64,000 nucleotides of DNA from Nemertoderma westbladi (lineage: Eukaryota; Animalia; Xenacoelomorpha): NCBI GenBank assembly GCA_032718475.1, contig JAUCBJ010008242.1:77589-141588 (forward strand). The letters run 5' to 3'. Position numbers and translations under genes: made by a program. The notes beneath the pieces were generated by a model that was not told the DNA's origin, did no database searches, and was given only the letters and a program-made list of their open reading frames with translations. Shown piece after piece: positions 1 through 13,180 of the stretch; the stretch's first letter is position 1; every line of letters begins with the position of its first letter.

Positions 1-3000
1 TCCACCTATCCGCACTTCTACCGATCGGACTCTTCCGTCCTCGTCGGAGTAGGTGCCTACAACTCTCGCCAACCGCCATTGGTTGTTGATGATAGTATCA
101 TCCGTAACGATTACGAGATCTCCCTCTCTTAACTCCCTGTTTGACTTCCTCCACTTGCTTCGTTTATGGAGTGTGGGTAGGTATTCCTCGACCCACCTCC
201 TCCAATACTCTGCGCTTATTGCCTTTGCGACTTTCCAACTTTGGCGGGAGTGTATGTCATCTGGGTCTACACCCCGCATATCGATGGTCGCTGGCCTTTC
301 CATCAGGAAATGGCTAGGCGTCAGCACGTCTAATGACTCAGGGTCATCATTCTCCGGATATAGCAGTCTGCTATTAATGATCCCCTCGCACTTCGCAAGT
401 ACTGTCCGTAAGACGTCCTCAGTGACCATGTGGGTGTTCATCAGCTTCGTCATTAGACGCTTTGAACTGCCCACCAGTCTCTCGACGCATCCTAGTGCAT
501 GTGGTGCATACGGCATCCTTCTCTCCCACTTTACTTGTCGTCGTCTCATGGCTGCCCTGACTTCTTCTCCCTCCAAGATGTCCAAGGCCTCTGCCATCTC
601 ACTCTCTGCGCCCACAAAGTTGGTGCCGTTGTCACTGTATATCACTGCGATCGTCCCACCTTTGCGGTCCCTAAACCTTTCTAAGGCATTAATGAATGCT
701 GATGCGGTTGCATCTTGGGCGAGTTCTATCCCTACCGCCCGTGTGTTGTTGCATACGAAGATAATGCCGTAGCGTTTCTCCGTGTGTTGCATCACTTTGA
801 TCTTTATCGGCCCGAACATGTCCACACTGCAATGCGTAAATGGCGGGTCGTGCTGTCTTACCCTACTCGCCGGTAGTGGCGCCATCTCCTGTACGGCTCG
901 CTCCTTCTTCGCTCGTCGGCAGGTCTGGCACTGCCCCACTACCGCTTTTACCTTCTTCCTCAGTTGTTTGACCCAATAGGTCCTCCTTATCTCTGTGAGG
1001 GTTCGGTTGGTGCCCCCATGTAATATCGATTTGTGGGAGTCCCATATAATCTGGTGGACTATTGGCGATCCTGTAGGAATGATGATGGGTTTCGGTGGTA
1101 CGACTATGCTGTTGTTGTATCCCACCCTAGAATTCATTACTAGAATCCCGTCGTCATTGAGTTGTGGCGACAGCGTAATCAGCTCGCTGTCCCGTCGGAG
1201 GTGCTGTTGGTTACCGACGCGTTCCACCTCGTCGCCGTAGTTCTTCCGTTGTTCATAGCGGATCACTGCCTTGGCCGCTCCTTCCAGATCTATGGTTGTC
1301 CTGATCTTCTTGTCCTTGCCAACTCCCGCAAGGAAATTCCCGAAGGCTCTCCAGTACGCCACTAGTTTCTTGGTCTTATACCAACTAGAACTGTAGCTGA
1401 GGAGTTTATCCGTCGGGTTATCGCACAGTTCCCGTCCTGGTTGCACGTCCCTAATCTCCCTCACAATCTGGGAGTATATCTCTTCTCCCTCTGAATCTCC
1501 CTCTTCTCCCTCTGACACTACTTCTGAGCCCGGGTCCACCTTTCTCATCGGCGGCCAGGCCTCCTTATCGCTCAGAAATTGTGGCCCATGTTGCCACAAT
1601 ACTTCCTTCTTCAAGAAAGTGTGGCGTACCACGCCCCTTGACAACAAGTCCGCTGGGTTATCGTCTGTTGGGCAGTAGTGCCACCTTTCCAATTCTGTAC
1701 TCGCCCTTATTTCGTCCACTCTATTCGCGACGAATATCGGGTATCTCGTCCTTTCGTTGTGTAGCCAACCAAGCACTACCATGGAGTCCGTCCAGTAGTG
1801 TGTCTCCACTATGTTGGGAATAGTATCCACTAGGTAGGCTGTGGCTCTTACTCCTAGTCTCGCGGCTGTCAATTCTAACTTAGGAACTGATGCTGAATCT
1901 GGTGGCGTTGACTTTGCTTTACTAAAGGCTAGTCTTGGCTTATGAGCCCCCTCTCGTTGTACTAAGTAGAGTGCCGCTCCGTACGCTTCCAACGACGCGT
2001 CGGAGAACATGTGTAGGTCCAGATTCGTCATGTTCCCATCCGGGAAATACACCCGTGGCATGTTGTATGTTCCCATCTTCTCCAAGTCTCCTGTCCACTT
2101 GCTCCACTGCTTCTTGATTTCCTATGGTACCTCTACGTCCCATTCATCTTTCAATTTGTATACTCTCTTGAGTATCTGTTTCCCCGTGACTAATAATGGG
2201 GATGCTAGGCCTAGGGGATCGTATATCCTTGCTATATACGATACATAACCCCTCTTCATGTGGATGTCTGCGCCCTCCTGGCTCAGCTGATACTTCAGTT
2301 CGTCTGTCTCTCTATCCCACACGATTCCCAATGCCTTCTGCTGGGATTCCGTTCTCTTAATTGCCATGTCCTGCCCTTTGGCTGTTGTGGGATTATCCAT
2401 GGTCGATTCTGGTTTCCTGTCCTCTATGGCTTTGATAAATTCTTCCGAACTGGATTGGAATTTGGTCAGGTTAATGCCGGATCCTTTTAGGATGTCGCGA
2501 ACCTCGCGCCCTGTATCCAGTATCTCCTTAACCGTATTTCCAGACTCCATTCCATCGTCTACGTAGAAGCCGCATCGAATCATATCGACGGCCCTACTGC
2601 TGTATCTATCTTCCTTCCCCTTTACTGTGTCTCTCACTGCCATAGTCGTCGTAAATGAAGACGACTTGGCTCCCATGTTCTGTACTACCATCTTATATGC
2701 CGGTATTATCGACGGTTCTTCCTCGCCGTTATACCATAAGAAGCGCTGACTGTCGCTATCTTCCTCCGTTACACGGACTTGGTTGAACATGCCTTCTATG
2801 TCACACGTGAAGGCGTGTTTCCCATTTCTAAATCTAAGTAACACCTCTATGCCCGAATTGTATATGTTTGGGCCTTCTAACAGGTAGTCGTTTAAGCACT
2901 TTCCGTCGGTCTTTGCCGATGCGTCGACTACCATCCTTAGTTTACCTTTCTTTGGGTCTAAAGCCACGTGCAGTGGCAGGTAATATGTCCTATCCGTGTT

Positions 3001-6000
3001 CGGCTCGTCGACCGGTAACTCCACGGCCCATCCTTTCTCGACGTACTTCTTAATTGTTCTGTGGATGTACTCATTCTTCTCGGGGCTCCATTTTAGTGTT
3101 TGTTTCAGTTTGCGGAGTCTCGTGAGTACCATCCCCCTATTGTCGGGCAGCGGTATCTTCGGTAGTTTCCATACCATTGCTATAGTATACCGTCCCTCAT
3201 TGCATGTCATTGATTCCTCCACGCTTTGTAGAGCCTGCTTGTCTTCTACTGAGGTCCCGACTCCGGTTTCTTTCAGTCCCTCGAAATCCTGTCTGAGCAG
3301 TCTTTTAAGCTGCTCCTCTGCTCCCTCGTCACCCATTTCCTGCATTGTTCCCGCGAACATGCATCCTGATGTCTCCGACATCCTAAATGGTATCTTACTC
3401 TTGATTGGACCACTCAGCGTCCACCCGAATGGTGTTAATATTGCCACCGGGTCACTCTGCTTGTCTTCGCCGAAGACCGTTTGCATTCTTTCGTGGGCCG
3501 TTGGGCAGTCCATGCCTACTATGATGGACACCTTCCTAACGTCCACGTCTGGGATAGAGAAGTCAATGTCGTCCAGGAATTTATACTGCTCGACCTCGAT
3601 GTTGGTTGGTCGCCTGGCATTAATATTAATTGACTCTATCACTTGGATGGGGTCGATGGTTGCCCCATAGTCGCATCCTGGTGCTATTGCTGCAATTGCG
3701 CACCGTCCTGTTCTCATCTCCAGGATCTCATCTTTGCTAGAGATGGTTGTTACCGCCATCCTGCTTGGCCTCGTTCTCAATCCTATCTCCTCGGCCACCC
3801 ATTCCTCGACTTATGTGAAGGCAGCTCCACTATCAACCAGCATTAGTGTTGTTACTGATCGATTGCCTTCCCCGATCACTCGCACTGGTACTACTCCAAG
3901 TAACACTGTTCCCCTCTTCTTCGCCCCTACTGTGCTGGTCGCCATCGTTTGGCCTCTCCTTTGACCAAATTTTATTGGCTTCTCCTTGCACTCCCTTGCT
4001 CTATGTCCACTCATTACACATCGCGAGCAGATTTTATTGCTGAACGCATAATCTATCTGATCCTGCCTAGGTAGCGCCTGCCAGTACCTGCAGTTCATGG
4101 TTTGATGAAGCGCATTTGCGTGTAGCTGGCATTTGCTCTTTGGGTCGTAGCCCTCTTTATACAGTGCATTGCGTATCGCAGTTGCGTTTGTACCAAAGTC
4201 CCTACTATTCTTATTGTTTGGATTTAGCCTACTGGGCGTACTGGGGTTATGTTTATTCGTGTTGTTATTGTTTCCCTGTCCGCTCCATGGTGTTGTCTTT
4301 TCTTCGGCTAGCTGTGGACTTGCAGTCCCCTGCGTCGCTGCATATGGCAATGATTACCTGAGTCTCGGTAATGCGTTTGATGTGTTGTGCTCTGGTTTCG
4401 GTCTATGGTAGTCTGTCTTCGGTCCCTTTCCCAGGCTATCTTCGCTATAGACTGGGTCAGTTATTAGTTCAGCCTCGTAGTTTAAGAAGTTTGACATTTC
4501 TTCTAAACCCGGTTCCGCACCCTTCTTATCTCGAGTGGAGAAGGCGATTTTTCTCCACTTGTTGCGCAGCCAGCTTGGTAGTGCCTGCGCTATCGTGGTG
4601 ATGTTATTGGACGCATTGAGCTCGTATGGCGCGTCTAGCGTCTTCAGCACGATCAGCGCCTTTTCGACTTTGTTAGCGAACGTCTTAATGCTAACGGGAT
4701 TATCCTGTAGGCCACCCGATGTTATGCCTCTCAGCGTCTGCCTGATGATCTTGGCCGGGTGCCCGTATTCCCTATCCAGTGCCCGCCATGCTGTCGTGAA
4801 GCCGCCCTCTATTCCTTGATATTGCCTCACGATATCGTATGCTGGGCCTCCCGTGTACACTTGTAGATACTTTAGGCACTCCGCCTGCGTCAAGTTTTTT
4901 GTTAGTATTTCGTTACTATACATACGCCGAAACTGTAGATATTCTTCCGGCCTACTCCCATCGAATTTGAATGGTTCCACGGGTGGTAACTCGATCCTCG
5001 TTTTCAACGCATCGATCAACGTGGCCATCCCCATCGCCTGTGCTTCCAATGGATTCGATGGATGCTGTATAGTTTCTCCTGTCTGGTGCGTTCCGTCTGT
5101 CCTATTTCTTGACTTTCTCTGACTTGGGTATGTCATCGGGGGTAGCGGCCCCCTCCATATTTCTGTGTCACACGACCTATTCTCATCCAAGGGTCTCGTT
5201 GTTCTTGCTCCTATCGGGGTATATTGTTGATATTGTGATGGGGGAATGTCACCCTGTCCCCCCCCCCACCGGTATGTTTGGTACTGGGGTTGATGTTAAT
5301 ATGTTGGGGCCCATGCACCTATCCGCAATAATTCCCCCCTCCCCTGGGTATATGTTATGTCCCTGCATGCTGTAGTCATACTGCTGTGCTGGTACCGGTA
5401 TAGGCCTATCAGCTTCTGGCCTACCCGCCGGTATGTATTCCGCGACTTCCGGGTTTAATCCCGTTGTCCACGCTATCCTATCGCCTACATTGCCTCTCTC
5501 AGTATGGCCTATGGTATGTGCAGTAAGGCCTACAGTATGTCCTACAGTCTGCATGTGTTGTTCGGGATCGAAGTTTATTCTTCTCGAATAATCCTCCCCG
5601 CGGCTACCGTATTCTCGATCGATAGGTGTATTCCGTCGGAAAGTTTCTCTTCGACCCCCCTCTCTACTGTTCTCATCTTCGTACCGGTACATCGCGTACC
5701 CCTCTCTCGCCGCGTAGTGCGCCTCGCCGGGTCGCATCTCTCCGGGGCGACGGCAATCTCCCGGAGTCCGACCCCACTGACTCTCTGTTCTCATCTCGAC
5801 TACCGACGGCTCGCTATCCGTCCTCGCTCTTCTATCGTTCGCGGCGATACTTCTACTACTGTCTTCTCTTCTTCTCCTTTCAGTGGAGTATTCCCGCTCG
5901 TGAGATCTCTCGTCGACCTCCCGGTTAAACCCCACTGTTCTTCTTCCCTCTTCTGATCGGGCTCGACGCTTCGTCCGCCCTCTTACGAAGTCAACCTGTC

Positions 6001-7704
6001 TCTCTCTACTCGGTCGCACGCTGCTGGGGATACTCGCAATCCCCCTATTACTTTCCGTCGCTGGTTGTTGCGCTTTACCTATTTTGGCCCTCGCATTATC
6101 CGCTGACGGCTGTGGGACACTCTCTGCCCCCCCCTCTCGCCGCTAACTCGCTGTTGTGGGGCCCCTGTAGCCCCCCCCCCACTCGCCACATCTAATTTCA
6201 CTATCTCTCACTACGTTACTATATCCCTCTTTAGTCGACACATCAACCCTATCGCGGTCGGGTCTATTCACCCCCGCCTCTCTCTCTGCTATTGCGTGGC
6301 CTACCAGGCCCTCTGCTCCCTGCCTACCGACTATGCGGCCTACCAGGCCCTCGCTGGGTCCATCCAACCCAGCCACTCCCTGCCTACCAACTACGTGGCC
6401 TACCAGGCCCTCGCTGGGTCCATCCAACCCAGCCACTCCCTGCCTACCAACTACGTGGCCTACCAGGCCCTCGCCGGGTCTACCTAACCCAGCCACTCCC
6501 TGCCTACCAACTACGTGGCCTACCAGGCCCTCGCCGGGTCTACCTAACCCAGCCACTCCCTGCCTACCAACTACGTGGCCTACCTGGGCCCCATCTGTCT
6601 GGCCATACACGCCCGACGTGTTTACATTAATAGCACCCGTATTGGGAGCGGAATTAACTTGTTCGTTCGAAATAAAATCATTTGAATTATCTTGTAAATT
6701 CGGGCTTGGCTCATTAATTAAATTATTTGAATTATTATTATTTTGATTATTTGGATTATTTTGCGTAGCTACATTAATGTTAGGATTATTTTCTACATTA
6801 ATATTAAGATTGTTCTGATTTAAATTTAAATTACTACCACTAGGCAAAGTATTTCCTGCAATAAAGGTTTGATTAGAATTATCCCATACGGTACTATTAA
6901 TATTAACCACGTCTGCTGTACCATTATCATTATTACCCCCCCCCCCCCGCCCGTACGGTCACACCAGTTTTGTTGGGTCTGTCGTGCGGTCCCTGTAAGT
7001 GGGGTATTAATAAATGTATCCACGGCCCCTGGCTCCTCTAAAATACTCGAGCCTGTCTCGCTCTCAGACGCCCCCGCCCGCACCAGTTGCAGCTCGTGCG
7101 CGCGTCTAACCCTATGTTCCCCAAGCTCACTTTGGCGTCTCTTTAATTCCTCGTGGTCTCGCTCGGCTCCTGCCATTCTCCTCTCACACTCCCGCGTGTC
7201 CCGCTCAGCCAACTCTACTACTTTCCTAGCACTCTCCCTTCGCCTCGCTTCACGCTCCTTACGTTCACTTTCCTTTCTCGCCTCATGCTCCTTGCGTTCC
7301 GCCTCGCGCCCTTTGCGTTCCCTTTCCTCTCTCGCCTCACGTTCCCTACACTCCTTTTCCTCTATTTCCTCACACTCCCTAAGGCCTCTCAAAGCCCGTT
7401 CGGCCCTCTCTCCGGTTTCTCTAATCAATGCCGCTTCCCTCTCTAGCCGCATTCTTCCCTCCTCTAGCCGTTTATCCATTTCCCTTTGACCATGCTCTAT
7501 CAGCTCGAGACAGTACGCGGCACCTGCCTCTCTCACCCGTCTTTCTTTCGCGGAGGATGTAGCAGACTTATCGGTTACGACGGACTCCCTCCGCCTTCCC
7601 GATCTACTAGCTTTCCCCCTCCTCCCGGAACTCCCTCCGACCGACGAGGCCGAATCCTCGGGGTTAACCTCGGATTCGCCCCCTTCAGGTCTGTTCCAAC
7701 CCAT
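1..7704 (-). pseudogene. BEL-1 gag-pol polyprotein, interrupted
   Basis: ATG at 7704 followed by the BEL-like VNPEDSASSV motif. Frame changes at G-homopolymers near 6940, 6170 and 5260. In-frame stops at 4354 (TAA), 3811 (TAA) and 2122 (TAG). The frame then appears open from 2121 to the window edge. Confidence 0.9.
6295..6585 (-). repeat. 60-bp coding tandem repeat (~5 copies) in the BEL-1 gag N-terminal extension
   Basis: 60-bp periodicity visible in lines 6301-6541; encodes GLVGHVVGRQGVAGL(GRPG/DGPS)E. Confidence 0.9.
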
Positions 7705-7753
7705 TAATTTTATACCCCGGGCATCGATTAAATATGGCCCTATGTACACTACA

Positions 7754-8434
7754 CTACAGTTCCTCGGCAACCTTTCTCGCTCTCTCCTCGGCCAATTCTC
7801 TCTGCCCGAAACGCATTAGATAGTATAAATGTCTGTCCGACTTACCTAGTTCTGACTTCAGTTTTACCTCGTCTATCGTTTTCCCCTTTCTGGCCTCCTC
7901 TAGTAGTCTCCGGGTCGCGTTGTAGGCCCGTCGAAGTCGCTCAGAAACCCCAACGTCCTCGTCGCCGACCTCTCGTCCGTCTCTCCGGGTTCGACGTCGT
8001 ACCGGCGGCCCCACCGTCGCCGTTTCGGCGGGCCATCCGTCGCCCACGGCCTGTGGCTGGCCGGCGACATCGGTATCGACACCTCCGTCGTCTCTCCGGG
8101 TCCTTCCTCGTACCGTCGGCCCTTCCGTCGTCGTCTTGGTGGGCCGTTCGTCGCTCTCGGCCTGTGGCTGGCCAGCGACGCCGGTGCGTCGACCCTCGTC
8201 CCGTGTCGACTCGTCTCCTTCTCCCTCGAGCCCGCTCTCTCTATCCTCCGACTCGACTCCCCCTCCTCTCGACTCGGCTTCTGACTCCAGATGGTCTCCC
8301 TCGTCTTGAACTTCCGGGTCGCCCGTTATCGATGGCTCCGGTGTCGTGGGCCTATACCGCCTGGTCGCGGCCTCGCGGATCGTTTGTTCTTTGTCCGGGG
8401 TCCGCGTCGGTGTTATTTCTCCCGACTGACTCAT
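7754..8434 (-). CDS. Extra 226-aa ORF upstream of gag inside BEL-1, function unknown
   Basis: Intact ATG..TAG ORF starting about 70 nt inside the LTR. Charged and low-complexity with a duplicated VAGQPQA..RTRRD unit and a helical-looking C-terminus. Confidence 0.55.
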   Translation of the reverse strand: MSQSGEITPTRTPDKEQTIREAATRRYRPTTPEPSITGDPEVQDEGDHLESEAESRGGGVESEDRESGLEGEGDESTRDEGRRTGVAGQPQAESDERPTKTTTEGPTVRGRTRRDDGGVDTDVAGQPQAVGDGWPAETATVGPPVRRRTRRDGREVGDEDVGVSERLRRAYNATRRLLEEARKGKTIDEVKLKSELGKSDRHLYYLMRFGQRELAEERARKVAEEL

Positions 8435-8503
8435 CTTTCTTTATCTCTAAATTGGTCGCTGATGGTTACAGAGTTTATCTAGGGCGGCAGCTGATTTAGT
8501 TAC

Positions 8504-9031
8504 TGTGACGGGATCCAAGAGGGATCCCGGTTTATCCGGTTTTAGTTCACGCGTCCCCGCCGTGTATAAAGAGTGAATAAGTTCGTGCTGTTTGTCGTAT
8601 ATAATATGATATGCAGGTATAGATATAGATATAGATATATTGTCGTATACGGAAGGCGGGATACGGTAACTAAAGTCCCGGTCCTTCCCTAGCTAAACTA
8701 TTGTAACCTAATCTAGCACCGGTATTGCACTGAGATAACTGAATTGGTATTATTACTGCCAAGTGGCTATATTGCACGGTTGGCCTTGTTACTAGGTGCC
8801 TTTCCCCCCTCTGATTGGTTGATACCCTTGTTGGCGCCCTTTGGAGTGTTCCCGTTCACTCCACCTATTCTCTCTGGGTTAGGGGTTTGGCCCCTGACCC
8901 TCATTGTGTGCTTCTCCTTCCCATTCTCATTGGGATGGCACGAGTTGGTTAATTACCCAATCTCGTGGCTCCCAATATTGCTTATCGGCTTATAACTTTA
9001 TGGGGTGTTAGCAGGATTGAATAAGCTAACA
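8504..9031 (-). repeat. 5' LTR of BEL-1 (~528 bp)
   Basis: Minus strand reads TGTTAGC...GTCACA. BEL-2 coding sequence (LRFLWW) resumes exactly at 9032. The partner LTR is outside the window, so the inner boundary is inferred. Confidence 0.7.
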
Positions 9032-12000
9032 CTACGATTTCTGTGGTGGCCTGAAGGAGACCTCAACCAGAAACCGGTGGAGTATTGGATAACCATCCAG
9101 GCTTTTGGGATCATCTCAAGCCCTTCAAATGCCTGCTCAGTGGTGTGCACCACTGCTGATGACAACCGGGACGCCTTCTCTAAAGAGGTTATAGACAACA
9201 TCAAACAGGATATATATATGGACGACAATTTAAAGTCCCTCCCATCGGTGGAAGAAGCCATTGATGTCGCCAAAGGAACGGCAGAGTGCTTGAAAAGAGG
9301 TGGATTTCGATTAACTAAATTCACCAGCAACTCCCGTGAGTTTCTGGAATCGATCCCGGTAGAAGATCGAGGAGTTAAAGATCTAGACCTAATCAAGGAC
9401 GATCTTCCAGAAACCAAGACGCTTGGTTTGAAGTGGGATACAGAGAGAGATATCCTGTTTTTCCAGCTAAAACAGCAAGATAATCCAGTTCGGACTAAAC
9501 GGATTTGTTTAAGTATTCTGAGCACTTATTTCGACCCATTGGGATTTATTAGCCCAGTTATATTGATTGCTCGGAGTTTAGTACAACAAATGTGGCTTGA
9601 AAACCACTCATGGGACGATCCACTTAAGGGAGAACTATTAAAGAAGTGGATGAAATGGGAAGATTCTCTACCATCCATCGAGAACTTTATAATTTCCCGT
9701 TCATATTTTGGTCATGTTCTCCCTACGTATTCCTATCAACTCCATGTGTTTGGAGACGCCAGCGATATGGGAATAGGTATAGTAGCCTACCTGAGAGTTG
9801 AAACTCCGGATGGAATCAAAGTCGCCTTGGTTACCTCTAAGGCCTCCAAGTAACATAAAGGACCCCCTTGGAAATAAGCTGCAAAGCTTTAGGGGTAATC
9901 CTATATGTTATGTTGGACAATACCTTCATACCGGTACATTGTTTGGTGTATTTGTTATTGTTTTTACATAATGTATAAATAAATCTATCTATAAATCTAT
10001 CTATCTATCTAAGGCATTGATAAACAACAAGTTGAAAGTTCCTCGAGCGGAGTTAAAAGCTGCTCTATACGCTACAGCCATCGGCCGGAATGTAACGGAA
10101 GAGATAGACTATCCACTGGAGAAAACTGTCTATTGGACCGATGCTTTGCTCGTGTTGGAGTATATCACCAATGAAGTCTGTCAGTTCAGCGTCTTCGTTA
10201 CCAACAGAGTCGCCATTATACTTAGTCGTACGAAGATAGATCAATGGAGACATTGCCCTGGGACGATTAATCCAGCCGACATCGCCTCCAGGGGAGCAAC
10301 TCCGCAAGAACTGATAGATACTCCAGACTGGTTAGGTGGACCCGACTTCCTAAGCAAAGAAGAGGATGAATGGCCTCCTCATCTTACCACGGCTGAGATT
10401 AGACAAGCCAAGGGAGCGGAGAAAGTCAAACCTAAAACCCGGGCGAGTAAATCGAAGTTATTTAAACCTGTGATAGATCTGTCTGTACTACACACTTCCG
10501 GAAACGACGCTTTGGATCCACAATCCCCCGCCACAAATAAGTCTGTTGTGGAAATCAGAGAGAGAGATTGGAAATCTGGAACGCCAGACGTCTCGCAAGG
10601 ACTCTCACCCCTCCTGCAGAGAGCGATACATCACTATAGTTCCTGGAATCGGCTCTGTAAGGCCGTTACATATTTAAAGCGATGTTTTCATCATCACTAC
10701 TACAGGACGAAGACCACTAGTGATACCGCTCCACTGACATCTGCGCAGGTCCATGTTGTTAAAGATCTTCCCAAATACAAGATATCCGACAGGTTTCTGA
10801 AGGAGAAGATCAGTTACCAGGAGCATGAAGAAACCAATAAGCAGATACTGAGACTCCTGCAATGCTATGAGGATTCCGATAAGTATTTCCTGTTGTTGAG
10901 AAATCCACAGATGCGCTTAAGGGATCGTTTCTCTAGCACAATGATAGATGGGTTAATACGTGTTGGAGGAAGACTAACTAATGCTCCATTATCCTTTGAC
11001 ACTAAGTTTCCCATACTCATTAGAAATCTTGAAATACAAATCAAGATGATTGTAGATGTTCACAGTAAGCTTTATCATGCTGGTAGAGAACGAGTTCTTA
11101 GCAAAATTCGAACTCGCTATTATTTTTATAAACCCCGTAGAGCTCTGAACTAAGTTCTTAGGAACTGCATACCCTGTAGGAAAGCATTCAGTAGGCCTTT
11201 AACACAGCGAGAGGCAGAATTACCTAGGGAACGAGTAAGCTTCTATGAACCACCCTTTACTAATACCAGTGTGGATTTATTTGGCCCTATTGAAGTATAT
11301 CGTGCTAGGACTATAGTCAAGAGATGGTGTGTCATCTTTGTCTGTATGACTTGTAGAGCTATCCATCTCGATATGGTGAACGATTTATCTACCAATAGCT
11401 TCATATTGAGCTTACGCCGACAGATCGCTCGCTTTGGAACTAGTAACACGATGAGATCTGATAAGGGAACGAACTTCATTGGTGCCAACAATGAAATCAA
11501 GGCTTACGTCAAAGATTGGAACCAAAGACAGGCGGACGATCAGCTAAGGGTAACAGCGTCTAGCTGGACCTTCAACGCCGCCGACGCCCCTTGGTGGGGA
11601 GGAAGTTGGGAGAGATTAATCAGGAGCGTGAAGACCGCATTTCACTTTATAGTGCCTTGCCGCGCGTATCTCACCGACGAACTTTTGCGGACGTTAATGG
11701 AGGAAATCGCCGCCTATCTCAATGAGAGACCGCTTATGCCAGTCTCATCGAGTCCCGATTCCCTGGAAGCGCTAACACCCACGCACTTCCTACTGAAGAA
11801 ACCTGTAGCCATGCTCCCACGATCGGAAATCACGGACGGAGACGAATACTGCTGGCAAACTTGGCAACTTATGCAGTTGTTATCCCGTCGTTTCGCTGAC
11901 CATTTCGAAAAACATTATCTGCCTACGCTACAACTTCGAACTAAGTGGTTTGCGCAGCAAGAAAACGTCAGCGCCGGAGACATGGTCCTTATTGTGGATT

Positions 12001-12272
12001 CAGATCTTCCACGGAAGCGGTGGCAGACAGGTCGTATCATCGAGACTCATATCTCTGATGATGGTTTGGTGCGATCGGTAGAACTCGTCGTCATGCGATG
12101 TAACTTTAAGAAACCGGGAATTGTCTTCGAGACACAGCAACTCAATCGCCCAGTTGGTCGTTTATGTTTACTGGAAAGATACAGAGAACTCTCCGGAAAC
12201 TATGGAAGGCAAGATACTCTTCCTACGACCACCTCCCTAATCCAACAAACATCTAGGGACTCCCCAACGTAA
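9032..12272 (+). mobile_element. BEL/Pao retrotransposon 'BEL-2' pol (RT C-half, RNase H, integrase), disrupted
   Basis: LRFLWWPEGD, YMDDNL, FDPLG, LHVFGDAS, VPRAEL, NPADIASRG, DLFGP, SDKGTNF, PWWGGSWERL, DGLVRSVEL. Insertion at 9844-10007 and an in-frame TAA at 11151. Confidence 0.93.
9844..10007 (+). mobile_element. 5'-truncated LINE/SINE 3' end inserted in BEL-2 pol
   Basis: TSD TCTAAGGC at 9836-9843 and 10008-10015, CCCC..AGCT..AGCT..GGGG stem-loop, AATAAA and a (TCTA)n tail. Removing it restores VTSKA-LINNKLKVPRAEL. Confidence 0.85.
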
Positions 12273-12290
12273 CAGCGTCTGGAGTGGGTG

Positions 12291-12781
12291 TGTGACTATA
12301 TTATTTTATATTTGTTCTTATTATTTTATATTTATGTATGTATTATTATGTAATTTTATTATAATCGTTTTCTTTAATTTTATTTAGTAGAATGTTATTT
12401 TAGAGATTATTTAGTAGATTAGTGCAATATATATTAGTGTTTATTACTTACTTACTTCTATTAAATTATATATTTAGTGCGACGGCGAGAAATAATTCTT
12501 TTTCTCTTTCCTTACTGTCCGTATTACATTATAAATACGTGACTACAGTAAGATGAAATATCCGTACTTATTAAAGTACAATAAAGCTCCTACTATATTC
12601 AAGTATTATTGGTAAGTAGAGTATTAGGAATGCAAAGTTCAGATCCTCGTGTCTCGGCTAAACCAAGCTCTGGGTAGACCTTGGAAACGACTTGCCTCTT
12701 CTCACTGACATTGCTTCTTGCGATATTGCTCTCATACCGTATATTAAATAATACATATAGTAGCGTGATGTCCCTTTAACA
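12291..12781 (+). repeat. Candidate 3' LTR of BEL-2
   Basis: Purine-rich GGAGTGGGTG right after the pol stop, then TGTGAC...TTTAACA containing TATAAATA and AATAAA. No second copy in the window to confirm. Confidence 0.5.
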
Positions 12782-12800
12782 GTAGCGTAAAACGCAAAAT

Positions 12801-13180
12801 AAATCTGTTAAACCCTTTGACCATCTGTAATTCTAGTCGATTAAGATATCGCGGCACCCACCGATATACTTAAAAGACTAAATTCTAGAATCAATGGTTA
12901 ACGTCCCCAGACATGTTCTGGAATAAACCGGTGCCCATCTTAAATATTAACTATTAATATTTATAAAATCTGTCAAACAAATACAATAGAGTAACTACTT
13001 ACAAGTTAACTCTAGAGAATCTATAAATTAAAATCTGTCAAAATTTAGATCCTTTAAAATTCTAGTCAATTAAGATATCGTAGCACTTACCGATACTCTT
13101 AAAAGGACAAATTTCCTAGAATCAAGGATCCCAGTCCCCAGATATGTTCTGGAATAAAATTGTTTCTATTTTAATATTAA
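12801..13180 (+). repeat. Diverged ~150-bp direct duplication
   Basis: 12801-12950 and 13032-13180 share aaatctgt..aattctagtc.attaagatatcg..accgata..ctagaatcaa..gtccccaga.atgttctggaataaa. Confidence 0.8.

Larger units (their letters stand above)
1..9031 (-). mobile_element. BEL/Pao LTR retrotransposon 'BEL-1' (3' end beyond the left edge), nested in BEL-2
   Basis: Minus-strand domain order: gag (FDG..EY..F, YTGG.A), Cys/His knuckles, protease LVDSG, RT (FTCDIEGMFNQV, RFLW, FYVDD), Pao RNase H (LHMFSDAS, VPKLEL, WTDS, NPADLLSRG), HHCC integrase and the C-terminal DGRVRSVEV motif at the window edge. A TGT..ACA LTR sits at the right end. Confidence 0.95.

Noticed and set aside
5249-6950. Programmed frameshifts in BEL-1 gag
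   Set aside because: All three frame changes coincide with long G homopolymers, typical of slippage or assembly error.
53-7489. Many long plus-strand ORFs over BEL-1 (also 23929-24726 over Gypsy)
   Set aside because: They are antisense shadows of retrotransposon coding sequence with no recognisable motifs.
8498-8997. Alternative BEL-1 LTR with AGTTA...TAACT termini
   Set aside because: The TGT..ACA boundaries 8504-9031 fit better because BEL-2 homology resumes exactly at 9032.
2122-11153. Repeated in-frame TAA/TAG in the BEL ORFs suggesting stop-codon reassignment or readthrough
   Set aside because: Host genes here end in TAG (RBM4-like, DUS3L), TAA (ZnF-UBP) and TGA (SLC35A, Nudix), and the Gypsy lesion is TGA. 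Ordinary nonsense mutations explain them.
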